64,000 bases of DNA, from assembly GCA_000320545.1 (NCBI GenBank), contig ADNK01000640.1:3693-67692 (forward strand), read 5' to 3'. The notes below the pieces were generated by a model that was not told the origin of the DNA, did not search any database, and was given only the letters and a program-made list of their open reading frames with translations. This document shows, piece by piece, positions 50,900 through 64,000 of this stretch. A program made the position numbers and the translations under genes. Numbering within the stretch: position 1 is the first letter of the stretch; each line of letters begins with the position of its first letter. The stretch comes from Bigelowiella natans CCMP2755 (lineage: Eukaryota > Protista > Cercozoa).

Positions 50900-52840
50900 A
50901 TGCTCATTCGAATTATCTTTCAGGAACATATCCAAGAGGGCACTTTAGATGAGATTGAAAGAAATTTGAGCTTTGGTAGAGAACTTAAAGCCAATGGAAC
51001 TCTGGGATTTAATAGCGATTATCAGAAAAATGTTACTACGTACGACATCGATGAGAAAGTGGTCGCCAGGTTGCACACCGCAGTCGCTAAAGGAGCGAAA
51101 TTTGTGGAAGTGGATAATATTGAAATAAACCCATCTAATTTCGGAAAAGAAAAAGAAAATACTATCGAAGTCGACGGTGAGAAAGGTAAAATGTCCTTGC
51201 GAGACCTTGTTTTTGTTTCCCGCCCCAACGATTCTTGGCTGATATCTTCAAAGGCCTTCAATAAGTTTTCTTTTGAGTCACTGACGTGTAGAAAAATATT
51301 CTTTTCTCATAGTCACAAAATTTCTTATCTAGGGAGGGATTCTCCCAAAGAGACTGTGAAGTCTAGCAAAATTGTGGTAGTTCACATGTTGAGACGTTTA
51401 ATACAACGGAAAGTTTACATCGTTTAATTGACAATTAGTTGCTCGAAGACGGAAACGCGCAGCTGCGTCTCAACACAATCTCAACGAATCTGACTGGTAC
51501 CATCCTTTTACAAGCTTTTCTTTTTGCTTGACATAGTATTGATATTGCTCTCCTCCATCACACAGAAGCTTCAGAAACGCAATGGCTGGGAACTGACGTC
51601 GTGAAAATCTCGGTAATGTAAAATTCATCATTTTTCTAAAACTCTGTCTGCAACTTAAAGCCCAGTTTCGGTCTCCTTTTCTAAATGGGGGATTGTCGTC
51701 TATTAAGGCATAGCCAAATCTAGACTCATTCGCTCATCCTTCTCCCTTTGTGTCTGCTGTGTCGTGCCTTCCTTCACCTTCTCAGATTCTCTGTTTTCTC
51801 ATTCTCGTTTCCGTCTGCCAATCGTGTTGTACGGCAGCACCATTGAGGTTGTCTCATAAGCGATGGCGTCAATTGCAACATTGGAAGCACTCGTGAGGGA
51901 GAGAAAAGGGGCGGGAGGGGGGGGGGTTGTGTGGTGACGTGTGGTTTGTCTCCTCAGCGCATGCTTCTGTAGGTACAGTCCTTATTACTACAGAAGGCAG
52001 CAAATTCCACCACAGGTGAGTGTGCGTATGCGAGTGTGTGTTGAAGATGTAGCGATAGTTGGGGGGAGGGGGGGGGGAGATTATTGGTTGGGGTTGATCC
52101 AAGTTACGCGTAACACTGTCACGATGTCGATGTGATTGGTGCAAAGCTCTTTCCCTCCCTTCAACTCCCCCCTTTTTTTGAAAGCATTGGCCTTTTTTGC
52201 ATAACCCAAAGGTGACGCTCACTGAGAAAGGCAACAGCGACCACAAGATAGCCATCCATAGGTGAATTTGATGTCCTCTTTGTTTGCCTCTCCTTCCTCC
52301 GCTTCCTTACGCCTTACGCCATTGCTTCCACCTCTTTGGATCGATCCTTAGTTTGTCTTATGATTTCGTAGGATACTGCTGGTTGGAGAGCTCATATTGT
52401 TCTTCTTTGTCATGGTAGTCGCTTGAAGGAACATCAACACCACCACTACTACTACTACTCGTATCTACATCCCTCTTACTCACGATGAAAATACGTGCCT
52501 AGTATGAAGGAGGGATTTTGGTTTACATGATTGCCAACCATCACCGTCACCACCACCACCGTCACCGTCAACGAAACCATCATCTTGTTATCGAAATGCC
52601 CTACGCTAGCATTGTTACGCAAATACACACGGCCGGCCAATGCTGACGTTCGTCGCACGCAAATACTCAGGGAGCGCACGAGCCTATATTCCTCGGACCA
52701 GAATGGTTTATCGTGGGGCTCTGCATGACGAACGTACTACTTAGTTTCTGCTACTCAAATAGTAAATTAAGACATGCCGATTATTGATGAAAGAACAAAA
52801 CCAGCATATCCATTGAATGCGAAGACGGTTGACACTGATA

Positions 52841-52881
<41 letters not shown>

Positions 52882-53420
52882 CTACATCAACTGACCAGGT
52901 AATGCTGAACTTCGCTTTCGGGTACGTGGGCTTTATCACCGGAGCTTCTTCCTCGGTCACCAAGAAGCTCGGCAATGAGGAGGATGTGGTAATGAGCAAG
53001 TCAAAGGGGGGGGAGAGAAAGAGGAGGAGTTGAGGGGGGGAGGAGAGAAATTGCTTGATGATTAGACAATGACCATTTAATTAACTCCCAACGATGAGCT
53101 CTGAACCTAGCAATTTTTGCAATGAAGCTGTGACCTAGAGAGTTGACACTGAACCCCCCCCCCCCCCCTTTCCCTTTTCCGTCCTACTTCTCCCCTTAGT
53201 TGACGGTGCAAACATCATACACTACCATAACCTCTCTCTTCGCCATCTTCGTTGGATCGTTCATGATTTGCGCGCTGCTGTCCGACCGGCGCATATTCTT
53301 GACGCTTATCTTGGGTGCAAATGTCATCGGTTTTTCCTTGCTCGGATACCTATGGCTCTCGTCACATATTGGCCTGCTTCGGGTGCTAATAGCAGGAGAT
53401 TGATAGATTCGTTGTTGTTC

Positions 53421-53459
<39 letters not shown>

Positions 53460-53575
53460 GTGTTGTGTGTGTGTGAAAATGCCGTTGTTGGTTCTGTTGA
53501 TGGTGATGATGGTGATGATGATGCCGTCGATATGTTCGAAGAGGGCGCTAAATTGCAGAACGACTATATTATATG

Positions 53576-53616
<41 letters not shown>

Positions 53617-54741
53617 CAACTCTCTCCCCTCTTCTTCTTCTTCTTCTTCTCCAGTTGCTCACCTCCACAGATGATAAAGATATGGAAGCGAAGACCGCTA
53701 TTCTAGGTGTGGTGTGTGCATAGAAGATAGAATGCGTCATACTCCGCACTCTGTCGCAAGTGGCGACGATTATAATCGCCTGTTGACTGTCATCAAAACC
53801 TGTTTCTTTGTTGATTATGACGCTGATTAATGAATAGGGCCGGATGCATTCCACACCCCTCGTGCCCCTTCTCCCCACCCGGTACAGCATCGTCATAATA
53901 ATCCGCTCTGCAGATTCTGTCCGTCATCCCTTCTTCTCGTCCTCACGTAATTTGTTTTCAGATGACGGGAAACAGGGGATCTGCACAGCGCATTCCTAGC
54001 TACCTTCAACAGCGACGCAAGGCGAGAAAGGGGGAGGTGGAGAGTCGCCTTCGGTAGTTATTCTAGTATTCAAATTTATACAGTGGCAAGAAGTAGCGGC
54101 ATATGAGCTATGAGCTCTGAGGGAGAGACACGAAGACACACATACACATACAGAGATAGAGAGAGGGGGGGGGGGGGGAAGGGAAGGAAGAGAGAGAGAG
54201 AGAGAGAGAGAGAGGGGACTCAGCGACTGAGATGAAGAAGGGCAAGGGAATTGATGAATCTGATGATTCAACAAAATCAGGTCAATGCTATGGATTCTGG
54301 CGCCTTGTTTGATGATGTACCTCCTGAGCACGCTCATTCTGATGAGCGTCTCCGTTAACGAAGACTCTACAACAAGAGTAATACTACCTACCTAGAAAAA
54401 TGATGATTGTCACCATCGTCAAAAGAACTAGCGCAGCACCGTCAGCAGCAGCGGCAGCAGCTGATTGGTTTGATGAGTGTGTGGGGAAGCTGGGATGTTT
54501 TCTGTGAGGTCTCCTGTCTGCCTTTCTTCCTTATGTGGTACATGATGTTGGAAGTTGATAATGATGGCGGCCTTGATTCACCCTCCTCCTCCTTCTTCTG
54601 TTCCTCCTCCTCCTCCTCCTCCTCCTCCTCCTCCTCCTCAGAATTATGTTCGAAACAACAAGTACAAGTATAGCCTTGCCTTCGACATGTACGTGTGGAT
54701 GATTCTAGGTAAGAAGTCTCATGTTATTTCCCACATATGTG

Positions 54742-54811
<70 letters not shown>

Positions 54812-55179
54812 GCAATACATGTATTATATTTTTACACGTGTGAATTAAGAGAGAGGGAGAGAGAGAGTTTGTTTCCTGCTGCTAATTGCCTCACCAATCT
54901 CAAAAACCATTATTATCATCATCATCATTATCAACAGATTGATAATCAATGAATATCTCTTATCCTCTTCTCCTCCGCCCCCTCAGGCTTCTATGGAGGC
55001 ATTGTGAATTGGTCATACGTGCCAATGTGCAAAGGATTCCAATTTGTCACGAACGACATCCAATATTCGGGGGAGGGTGATGACAACGATATGGGACGAC
55101 AAAACAATGAAGGTGGTAGCGTGGCTCTTATTTGTGTTGTGAACTTTACTTTGCCAGTAGCAACACTAGATTATATGCG

Positions 55180-55217
<38 letters not shown>

Positions 55218-55444
55218 TTATATCTTGTAAATTTTATGATTGGCTACTGCTATCTACGCACGTACATGCTACATTACGAACATACACACACTGTGCGGAC
55301 AAACAAAGAAATAAGCGAATACTATGCGTACACCTGGCCTCTTTCCGCTCGCACCACATAACGCACATATTTTCAACACTAGGTAAGCAGCTGGTAGTAG
55401 ACGGCGATGACAAGGACACGAAGAAGGCTGAACTAGATGAATAA
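50900..55444 (+). CDS. Multi-pass membrane protein of unknown family (multi-exon)
   Basis: Hydrophobic exons ILCFLILVSVC, ILLVGELILFFFVM, WFIVGLCMTN-VMLNFAFGYVGFITG, ITSLFAIFVGSFMICALL, MLWILAPCLMMYLLSTLILMSV, YSLAFDMYVWMIL-GFYGGIVNWSY; last exon ..DTKKAELDE*. Start is uncertain. Confidence 0.55.
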
Positions 55445-55709
55445 CCACCGGAAGGAACACGTTTTTTAATAGAAGATAATACAGAAGCGCGGGATTTATT
55501 TTTAGAAGGCGATTATTATCGTCTACGTTCTTGCCGTTAGAATCGCAGGTTCGACGCTTCCAACATCAGTTTTACCAGAAAACTGTTAGGCCTCCTATTA
55601 TTGTTTAACTCTAGGACTATGCACTAATAAGATGCATACATGAATGAATAAAATAACAACAAAATTTTTATTAGACTTATTAAATCCTCTCATTAGCACT
55701 ACATACCTC

Positions 55710-56650
55710 ACCATGTTGCGGGTTTCACGCATTTGGAGCTTGTGAAATGTTTGCGTGTGTAGTTTTGCAATTCTTGGGCAATCATACATGCTTGCAGTAG
55801 ATCCGATGGCAAGCATCGCGCGCACGAAAGTGTATTTGTGCATGTTGTGCGATGTGCACATGCATAGATCATGCTTGTTTTGTGGGCACATGCAACGCGC
55901 ACGTGCTCATCAGGTGGACTAATGGAACACAATGGAGGCACACGCAGCAACGCACACACACGTGCTAGCGTGCATGTGCATGCACGCACACACATGTCCA
56001 GATGTGCGTGCGCATGAGGCCGTGCGCGTGCGTGCATGGCGCTGAGCACACCATGTCAATGCGAGCTTGGCTTGCCGAAAACTTCCATCACTGCACAATG
56101 TCCACTTTGCTCAACATTGCTAGATTGCTACATTGCACCGCCACAACCTTCTGTTTGGCAAAAGGCACCTGAGACTCGCTGTCTAGTGCTTGGGCAGGCA
56201 GCCGGCGATGCTTCGTTCTGTGTGGCGTCAGCCATGATGTCGGGGTCTGCTGTGTGTCATGCATCGCTGGAGTCTCCCGTTTGTGTGGTGTTTTCCAAGG
56301 AATGTCTCCTGCTGTGTCTCGCTTGGGTGAAAAACAAACAAAACAAAAAATGAGGACTTTCGGGTCACTCAGCACCGCTGCACTTGCTTCGACACTGTCT
56401 AGCTGTGCGTGATCACCCCCTGACCCAGTGACCCCAGCAGGCCCACGACCAAAGGTCACGGCGGGGAATGAATGACAGGGAGCACTCGTCCCTGTGAACC
56501 CATCGCCAGTGAAACCTCCCACAATCTGCAGGCCCCAATTGGCAACCTCAATCAGCAAGACTCATCACTGTGAAAAGCGTTGGAACGAAAGAAACTTGAT
56601 GCTGATGGACCACATGACCAAGGTGCTCGTTTGGATGTCAAATGCCTGCG
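55710..56650. other. TpA-depleted (hypermutated) intergenic patch
   Basis: CA/TG-rich; many of the surviving TAs are in CTAG/CTA. Confidence 0.65.
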
Positions 56651-56998
56651 ACATATGGAATTTCTTGTCTCAGAAAGCAAATATCATGTCGTGTGATGTT
56701 TTCGTTCGGAGGGTTGTTTTCGAAGAAAGCATTTTGTGACTTACCCCGAATTCATTTGAATTCTGTTGTCGCAGGGAAGGAATTCTTGAAAATTGGTCCC
56801 CTTTTTCTGGACATTGAACATCTGTGTAGTTCTCAAATCCGCCATTTTTTGCTCGGTATGAGAAGCCTTGCTTTACCTGCTTTCGGCCATCGTGCGTAAA
56901 CACGCCTTCAAATCGCGAGGACGCAGCTACTTCAGTGTAGGAAAAGGTGACGCAGCACACCTCAAAGGGGCATTGGGCAGCTCCAGATCCATGGGTTC

Positions 56999-59411
56999 AT
57001 GGCGCGAGACCAAAGCATGACACCTCTACCCTCCAGGGAACCGGTTATTGACCCTTTCAAAGGCTTGCGTATCAAGGTGCGTTTTGATGAGCCAGCTGAA
57101 TGGTACTGGGGTACCATCACTCAATCGCAAAAGATTCAAAGAGAAGGCCCATGGAGGTTCCAGATCGCATACGACGACGGTACAAGAGACGAGATTTCGT
57201 ACTTGAAAAACAACGACGCCGTTTCTGTGGATGCGCCCCTCCTTCCAGGCGATCTACTGCTCATCGAGTACAGCGGGGAGGGAGAGTATTTGTGCAGGTT
57301 GTAAAAAGGACGAAACAATTTTCATAATTTACAGTACAGTCTTAGTGCACCGCCTCTGACGTTGTCGGCGCATCGGTTGATATCGCTCGCTAATGTTTAG
57401 ATTGATTGTTCGGGACGAATTCTGGCATGTAGAGTCCGCTGATGGGCGTTTCGAGGAAGAGGTCAAACCTCGCCTAATAATAGCTGCCGAATTGCTTTCA
57501 TCGATTCTATTTCAGCAGTGTTTTTCATTATTACAATCATCATCATTCCCCAACAAACAGGTTCCTTTCGACCCTGACAAGGACACGTGGAAGCGAGTGA
57601 AGTTCTCCGTCAAAGAGAAGAAGGACGTCGTAAGGAGGGTTTCTGAGCTCGGCGGATCGGTAGTTGGACACCCTCACCTTGCTTACTGAATATTTTAGTT
57701 TGAGAGATGACTTACCTCCTTCATTCGAGTGAGAAACACATTGCATAAGTATATGTATGTATGTGAGCAGGCAGCTGAGAGAGTGCTAGAGATTGTACGC
57801 AGAACAAGTGCGCATCTACGGCCGCTGGTCTCCGAGGAGCTGTTGCAGCAACATCGGCAGCGGAAGAAGCAGCAGCCATTTCGTATCCGCCTCAGTCAGC
57901 TAGCAGACCTCACATTATGGGAAATCCAAAAGTTTTTGGCAAAGCTCAAGACGAAGGCGGCGACTACGGCGAAACATAACGGGGAGGGGGAGAGAATGAA
58001 CAACCACACGGTAGCAAGCGATAGCGAGCTGTCCTCTTCAGTGGCGTTGCCGTCAACATCGTCGTTGGTATCTTTAATGAAGCAGAAGAATAAACCGCAA
58101 CAGCAGGATGATAAGAATGAGGATTTTGAGACAAACACACCAGGTTGCACCACCCCTCCTGGCATCGATAACGGTGGCGACAACAACACGGGCGGCGATA
58201 GCAAGAACGCCTCGGATAAATTAACGATGGAGGACGAGAAGGGAAACATCAGGGAAGTAGAAACAGCCACTGCATATCGGGCGCTTACAAAGAACACGAC
58301 GACAACGGCGGTGGCCATAGATGCTGCGAGCAAGGCACAGAAAGTTCAGACGAGACAAAAACGCCATGCGATGAAGACTGCTTTGCCCGCTTCTTCTTCT
58401 TCTTCCTCTTCCTCTTCCCATGTTGGTATCATTGCTAAGTCAGCGTCGATATCATTGTCCTCCTCCTCCTCCTCCTCCTCATCATCATCATCACTTAACA
58501 AAATTATTGTAAATACAACGACTGCGTCTTCGAAGCAGCAGCCGCAGCATCCGGGGGGGGAGGCAACAGAAAGGTATAATAGGCGAAAACGTTGGAAGAG
58601 TGAACAAGTGGACGATGACACAGCAACAAGCATCAGCAGCAGACTGAGGAAGAGGAGGAGACGTACGTCGTGTGTGCGTATGATAATTGTGAAATGCGTC
58701 GTTGTCCGCATTTGTTAAAATGACGACGTGCGTTGTGCTAACGCGTGCTCCCCCTATGCTTGCCATCGGTGCAGTAAGTGGTCGCACTTTCGCCATGACC
58801 ACCATCACCATCACCATCTCCATCTCCATTATCATCATCATCATTATTATCACCACCACCACCGATATCCATCACTGCAAAATGTCTGACAACCAATCTG
58901 CTGCCTTCAGCCATTCCATCCTCGAGCTCCCCTAGAGATACGAGGGAGAAGACGGATACGACAGCAGCCGCTGCTACTTCCTTCAGTGCTCCTGAGGATG
59001 ATGATGATGATGATGATGAAGATGAGAACATCTTCGAGGTAGAAGCTATCATGGGAAAACGGCGGCAAAAAGACGGCAAATTGGAGGTAATGAGCTGTCA
59101 GCGCTCTCTCTCACTCTCCCTCGCTCTCGCTCTCGCTCCCTCTTTCTCAATAATGGATATTTCCCCTCTTTCTTCTCTTTATCCCCTCCTCCTCCTCCTC
59201 CTTGACATTACATCCTCCCCTCTTCTTCCTCCTCCTGTCACGGCATTAGTATCTGGTGAAGTGGCTGAATTTTGGCCAAGAATACAACACATGGGAACCC
59301 AAGGTACACTTAAAAGGCGTTCAAGAAATGGTTTCTGAATTCAATCGGAAGAACGGCGGGAAGAGGAAGAACGGCGGCCATAAAGCAGGAAGAGCAGCAG
59401 CGGGGATGGCC

Positions 59412-59443
<32 letters not shown>

Positions 59444-60006
59444 GTCTGTACATGTAATATACAAATACACACGTAGCGTCAACGTGCAGATGAGAGAGTC
59501 GAAACGAGAGGTGTATCGATCTCGATTTGATGGCTACATTTGTGATGAGCGTCGCCCATCTCGTCTCGTTGCTGTGCACCTGTTTCTTCAGACCCAGCAG
59601 CCTCGTCCCAAACTGTCGCGGGAAATAGCAAAGGTCGGCTGCTTCGCTGTAGGAGTCATAATCGGCACAGTTACAATGCATCATCGTCGCGTATGTCTTG
59701 TTTCTCCACGTTATTCGGAAACACTTGAGCGGAGACACCATCGTCTCCGACCCAAGCCGAACGGAAAGCTCTATTTTCTCCAGGATTAATGATGATAATG
59801 CCGTGACGATGATAGTGATGTAATGATGGTGATGATGACGTATGTTACTTCCCACCGCCTTGCAAACGTTGTGTATGACAGGTATGGGCCTCTATCCGCA
59901 GCATCGTCTCGCAGTTAAAGAAACATCCCGCCTCCAAGGCCTTCATCGAGCCAATTGACTCTAACGGTGCGTAGCTGGAGGGATTATACCGATGACTGAC
60001 ATACGC

Positions 60007-60055
<49 letters not shown>

Positions 60056-61308
60056 TATAACTAAATACATGATGTTTGTAGATAAATATTTATTCTGAAG
60101 ATATCATCATCGTCGCCATAATCGTTTTAATCATATGATGCTTTCAAAAATTTCACAACCAAGCACTGAATCAGCGGTGGCTATACTCGAAGTTTCTGCC
60201 CCCCTCCCTCCCTCCCTCCCTCCCCCTCCCTCCTACTGCTGCTCTTCTAGCCTCATTTGCTAGGGAATACGCGAGAGTTATAAAGAAACCAATGAATTTA
60301 CGGTGAGCTCCTCCCCCCCCTCCCCTCCCGCTTTTCTTTCTGCCCCGGAAATAACGGCAAGAATTCTCAGGAAATAATCAAGCATCTTTACTTCGCACCT
60401 ATGCCACGAACCCGACGACGACAACACGAACATTACTAATATACCACTACTGCTACTACTGGCTGCTGTATGGCTGCTGTATGACTGCTAATGCCTTTAT
60501 AACAGCGAGATCAGCCACCGATTGGAAAAAAACGGACCTGGATTTCCCAGGATTTATAAGGCTCCGAGAGAGATGTTTGATGACGTCTGCCTCGTTTGGC
60601 GGAACGCTAGGGTGATGATATGTACTTATAGTCGTCGAGCAGGCATGCTCATTAGGATGTGGGAGATTCAGATCTTCACCGGCTGCTTTTAGACGTTAGA
60701 AGCGAAATCGTTCATGTCCACCTTGCCTCCCCCCCTTTCCTCTTCTTGTTGTTGTCTTTTTTCTTCTTCTTCTTTTTTTTCTTCTTCTTCTTCTTCTTCT
60801 TCTTCTTCTTCTTCTTCTTCTTCTCCGGTCTGTTCTTCCTTACGCTGCGCTGTCATCCTCCAGACGTTCAATCCAAAGGGCCACTGGATTTGCGAGCAAG
60901 TAGACGTACTAGAGGATGCCTTCGAGTCGATGTGGTTGAGCAGCCAGATCGATGTGCGGTGGGCCTCGGCCAACAACCTGCCCTACCCGGAGGAACTTGT
61001 GGATGCGAAGAAGAAGAAGAAGATACGAGCTGGGGGCGTGGGACGTTGGCGGAGGAAGTACGTGTATCATCATGATTGGTGCTGCGAAGGAGCTGGGGGG
61101 GGGGGGGGGTAGAGAATCTGAAGAACATTCAGACGTCATATGTGATAGCAGACCTGCTCCTTTCGCCTCAAAAAGAGGAAAGGGGATGATAGCTGGTGTG
61201 GTTATGGGGGTATTAAGGCTTGTACAGTGAAGAGATACTATGATCTTTGACTACGTCACTGCGCACTTGCCTGTTTTCTCTTTGTAAGATGGTGTCCTCC
61301 CCCCCTCC

Positions 61309-61370
<62 letters not shown>

Positions 61371-61990
61371 TTGTGTGTGTGTGTAACAGGATGGAGGCTG
61401 AGCTGCAGCTGGCTACCGCTGAGGTCCAAGCGACTGTGATGAGTCGTCTTGAGGTGATTTACTACTTTCAATACAATGTTCCCTAAAGAACATAATAGGT
61501 TCTTGTCATTCGTCGCAGTACGGCACTTGCTGACATCTGCCCTTTCGACTTTCCTGGCATGTTCTCTCATCATTTCTTTGCCGCCATCGCCATCGTCGTC
61601 AGGGTAAATGGCTGTGCAACCCGCGGAACTTCGGCTACATCACTATCAAAGGCAACGAAGGGATCTATGCGGGGGGGGTGGGGCGATTGACAGAGATGAA
61701 GGTGCTCAGGGACGAATGCATTACGGCGTTGTGGAGCAGGAGCGACATCGATGGGGCCAGAGGAACACTTAGATTCGGGTGGGTGGTGAGTGGGTAGCGC
61801 CCCTTTTGAGTGATATCGTCCTTGTATTGGTCTATGAGGGATGAGACGACGTACTATAGGGAAGAAGGGGGGAGGGGGGGAGGGGGGGCATGTGTATGCC
61901 ATGTGTCCAATACGTGTATCACCGAACGGTTGAGGGGGGACGAAGCCGCTACGTGGAACTTTGGGTTTGAGGCATATAATATATAATATG

Positions 61991-62024
<34 letters not shown>

Positions 62025-62163
62025 CGTCATCAGATTGTCAGTGGATGGAAGATCTTGGAAGGGAAACTGGACTACGTACAACGGTACAAGTAGGCAGCAG
62101 CAAGCCCTCTGTAGAACAAGGAGAAGAAGAGACGATACGAATGAATCCAAAGTGCCTTCTCAT

Positions 62164-62205
<42 letters not shown>

Positions 62206-62611
62206 GCATCATTACCTGCTGCCGTCGCCGCTCGCTATTGGCATTCCTGATCTTTCCCCTCCCTTCCTTCCCCAATCCTTCTGCTACCCCTCACTTCGTC
62301 CTCAGGAAAGCCTTTCGGGAGATGGGATGCTACTCGTGTGGACGATGATGGAGAAGGAGAAGAAGCAGAAGAGCAAGAAGAAGAAGAAGAAGAAGAAAAA
62401 GGTGCAGAGGGAGCCGCTCTTCCCTGTAAAGATAATGCGAGTCAGCGAAAGGGGGGAGAAGGGGGGGGGGGAGGAGGGAGGTGAAAGAGGCCTGTTGGCC
62501 ACTACGAACAATGCAATGGGAGGCGGGAGGCAGGATAGGTCGTCACCTCATAGGCAAGTAATGGATGAGATGGAAGAGGAAGAAGCTGATAGGCAGTCAA
62601 AGAGCAAGTAG
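56999..62611 (+). CDS. Chromatin reader with Tudor-like, chromo and bromo domains (multi-exon)
   Basis: GLRIKVRFDEPAEWYWGTI..FQIAYDDG (Tudor/Agenet-like). FEVEAIMGKR..LE-YLVKWLNFGQEYNTWEPKVHL (chromodomain, 59030-59340). LKKHPASKAFIEPID..YARVIKKPMNL..MFDDVCLVWRNAR-TFNPKGH (bromodomain, 59880-60940). Confidence 0.85.
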
Positions 62612-63280
62612 TAATGATGAGAATAATGGACGCGAAAAGGGATTATGCACTAAATAATAACACAGGAGCTGCTGATGACGGAGACGGTGGCGGATGAGGA
62701 AGAAGTAGAGGAGGAGGAAAGGAGGAGGAGGAGCCATTAGTGCAGCAGCAGCAGCACGCGTTCCTCTGTAAGGCATATTTCTTGAATTTATATTTATTGC
62801 TTTATATAAAACTGTTTCGATCCATTGATACGTGTTAGGCTAGAAATGGCGAGTGAAATGACATAATGATGACCACTGGTCTCACTAATGGTGTTGTTGA
62901 TGGCATGAGCGCTGATATTAGCACTAGACATGCGTGCACAGCTACAGCCATGCAATGAAGCGCCCGAAGAAAGAGCTAGAGCAATGAAGCACGCAGCGTA
63001 CAATGTACCTGCTGTGATTATATGACGTAGCGAGTAGCTGTGCATAATGAGCGACGTGCGCCATTGCATGTCGCATTGCATCCTGATGCCAGTTAGTTCG
63101 TCTAGTTACATGGTCCTATCGATCGGCAAGCGCATGCTAGCATGCTGTGAAGCACCATGCGAGCATGTGCGCGAATATGAATGCACAATGGTACGGCCGG
63201 GCTGCATGGACAATATGGCACATACTATAGCACTACATCATAGAACATCATAAAGCTTTTTGCTCTCTCAATGTTGTGAT

Positions 63281-64000
63281 CTAGCTGCACTGCCGCCCAC
63301 AGGCCAAAGTCATGGCAGCAGATTCCAGGATTTGTAGAATAAGACCGTTCTGCATCATCAATCCGCAGAGTCGCGGGGAGATGCGAGCTGCGTCTCCTCG
63401 GATGCTGCTACCTCCACCACGATTGTGGATCGAATCACCGATACAAAGGCCTTGTTTACAAATTCCCAGGACTTCATTTCGCTTGATTTCAGAGCTGGGT
63501 CTGCACATGTGACCGTAGTAGAAGTAGTAGTAGTAGTAGTAGTAAGAAGAAGAAGAAGAAGTAATAGTAATAGAAGTAGTAGTAGTGTATGCATGCAGCA
63601 GCAAAAATGAATGTAGGGTCAGCAGATAGAGAAAGTGACAGCATGTACAAAATACAGAAGGAAGCCCAAAAAAGCACTATGTCCCTCTTTGCTTCACTTA
63701 CACATGTAGAACAAGGGGAAAGGGGAGGGGGGGGGGGGGGGGGGGGGGGTTTTCTCAGGGGGTTTTCGCCCCTCAGGAAGAGGAGGGTGTAGAATCTTTG
63801 CCCCATTATCTCCTGGATGATACATTTGACTGGGGGGCCTTTTAAAAACAGGTGTCCGAGGACTACGGATATGTCCTAAATACCCAATATAGCGTAATAA
63901 TTTTTCCGGGATTTGACCAATGGGCTGACACACAAGGGGGGGCGGATCCTTCCCCTCTTCTTCACGTATGATTGAGGCGGGACGGGCGAGCGAGAGCAAA
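63281..64000 (-). CDS. 3' part of a hypothetical multi-exon gene running off the window
   Basis: Complex-sequence ORF segments at 63770-63970 and 63281-63500, separated by microsatellite-rich intron-like DNA. Confidence 0.35.

Noticed and set aside
56088-56558. 156-aa Gly-rich - strand ORF
   Set aside because: It lies in a stop-depleted hypermutated patch and has no recognisable domain.

Overview
Eukaryotic (protist-like) nuclear DNA with intron-rich host genes whose introns are packed with microsatellites. The organism cannot be fixed from sequence alone. Host genes: SAS-4/CPAP centriole protein, S10 serine carboxypeptidase, a membrane-anchored tandem SnoaL-like protein, a dual-specificity phosphatase, a C2H2 zinc-finger protein, a multi-pass membrane protein, a Tudor-chromo-bromodomain protein and several unknowns. 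Between ~18.0 and 37.0 kb is a mobile-element complex. A 1.5-kb non-autonomous element has palindromic TTAAGAA-N4-TTCTTAA ends and 67-bp tandem repeats. A ~15.7-kb segment is bounded by inverted arms of the same family and carries intronless, virus-like genes (D5-like SF3 helicase, DUF378, and a 2OG-Fe(II) oxygenase-SET fusion). The strongest signal is a strand-symmetric hypermutation converting TpA to TpG or CpA (A:T to G:C), the reverse of fungal RIP. It saturates ~22.8-33.9 kb, fades on both sides, recurs in intergenic patches, tends to spare CTAG/CTA/TAG and leaves gene bodies and intronic (TA)n intact. It appears to have removed the helicase Walker A lysine. This looks like a region-targeted mutational genome-defence system. 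Exon boundaries and counts were made by eye and are approximate.
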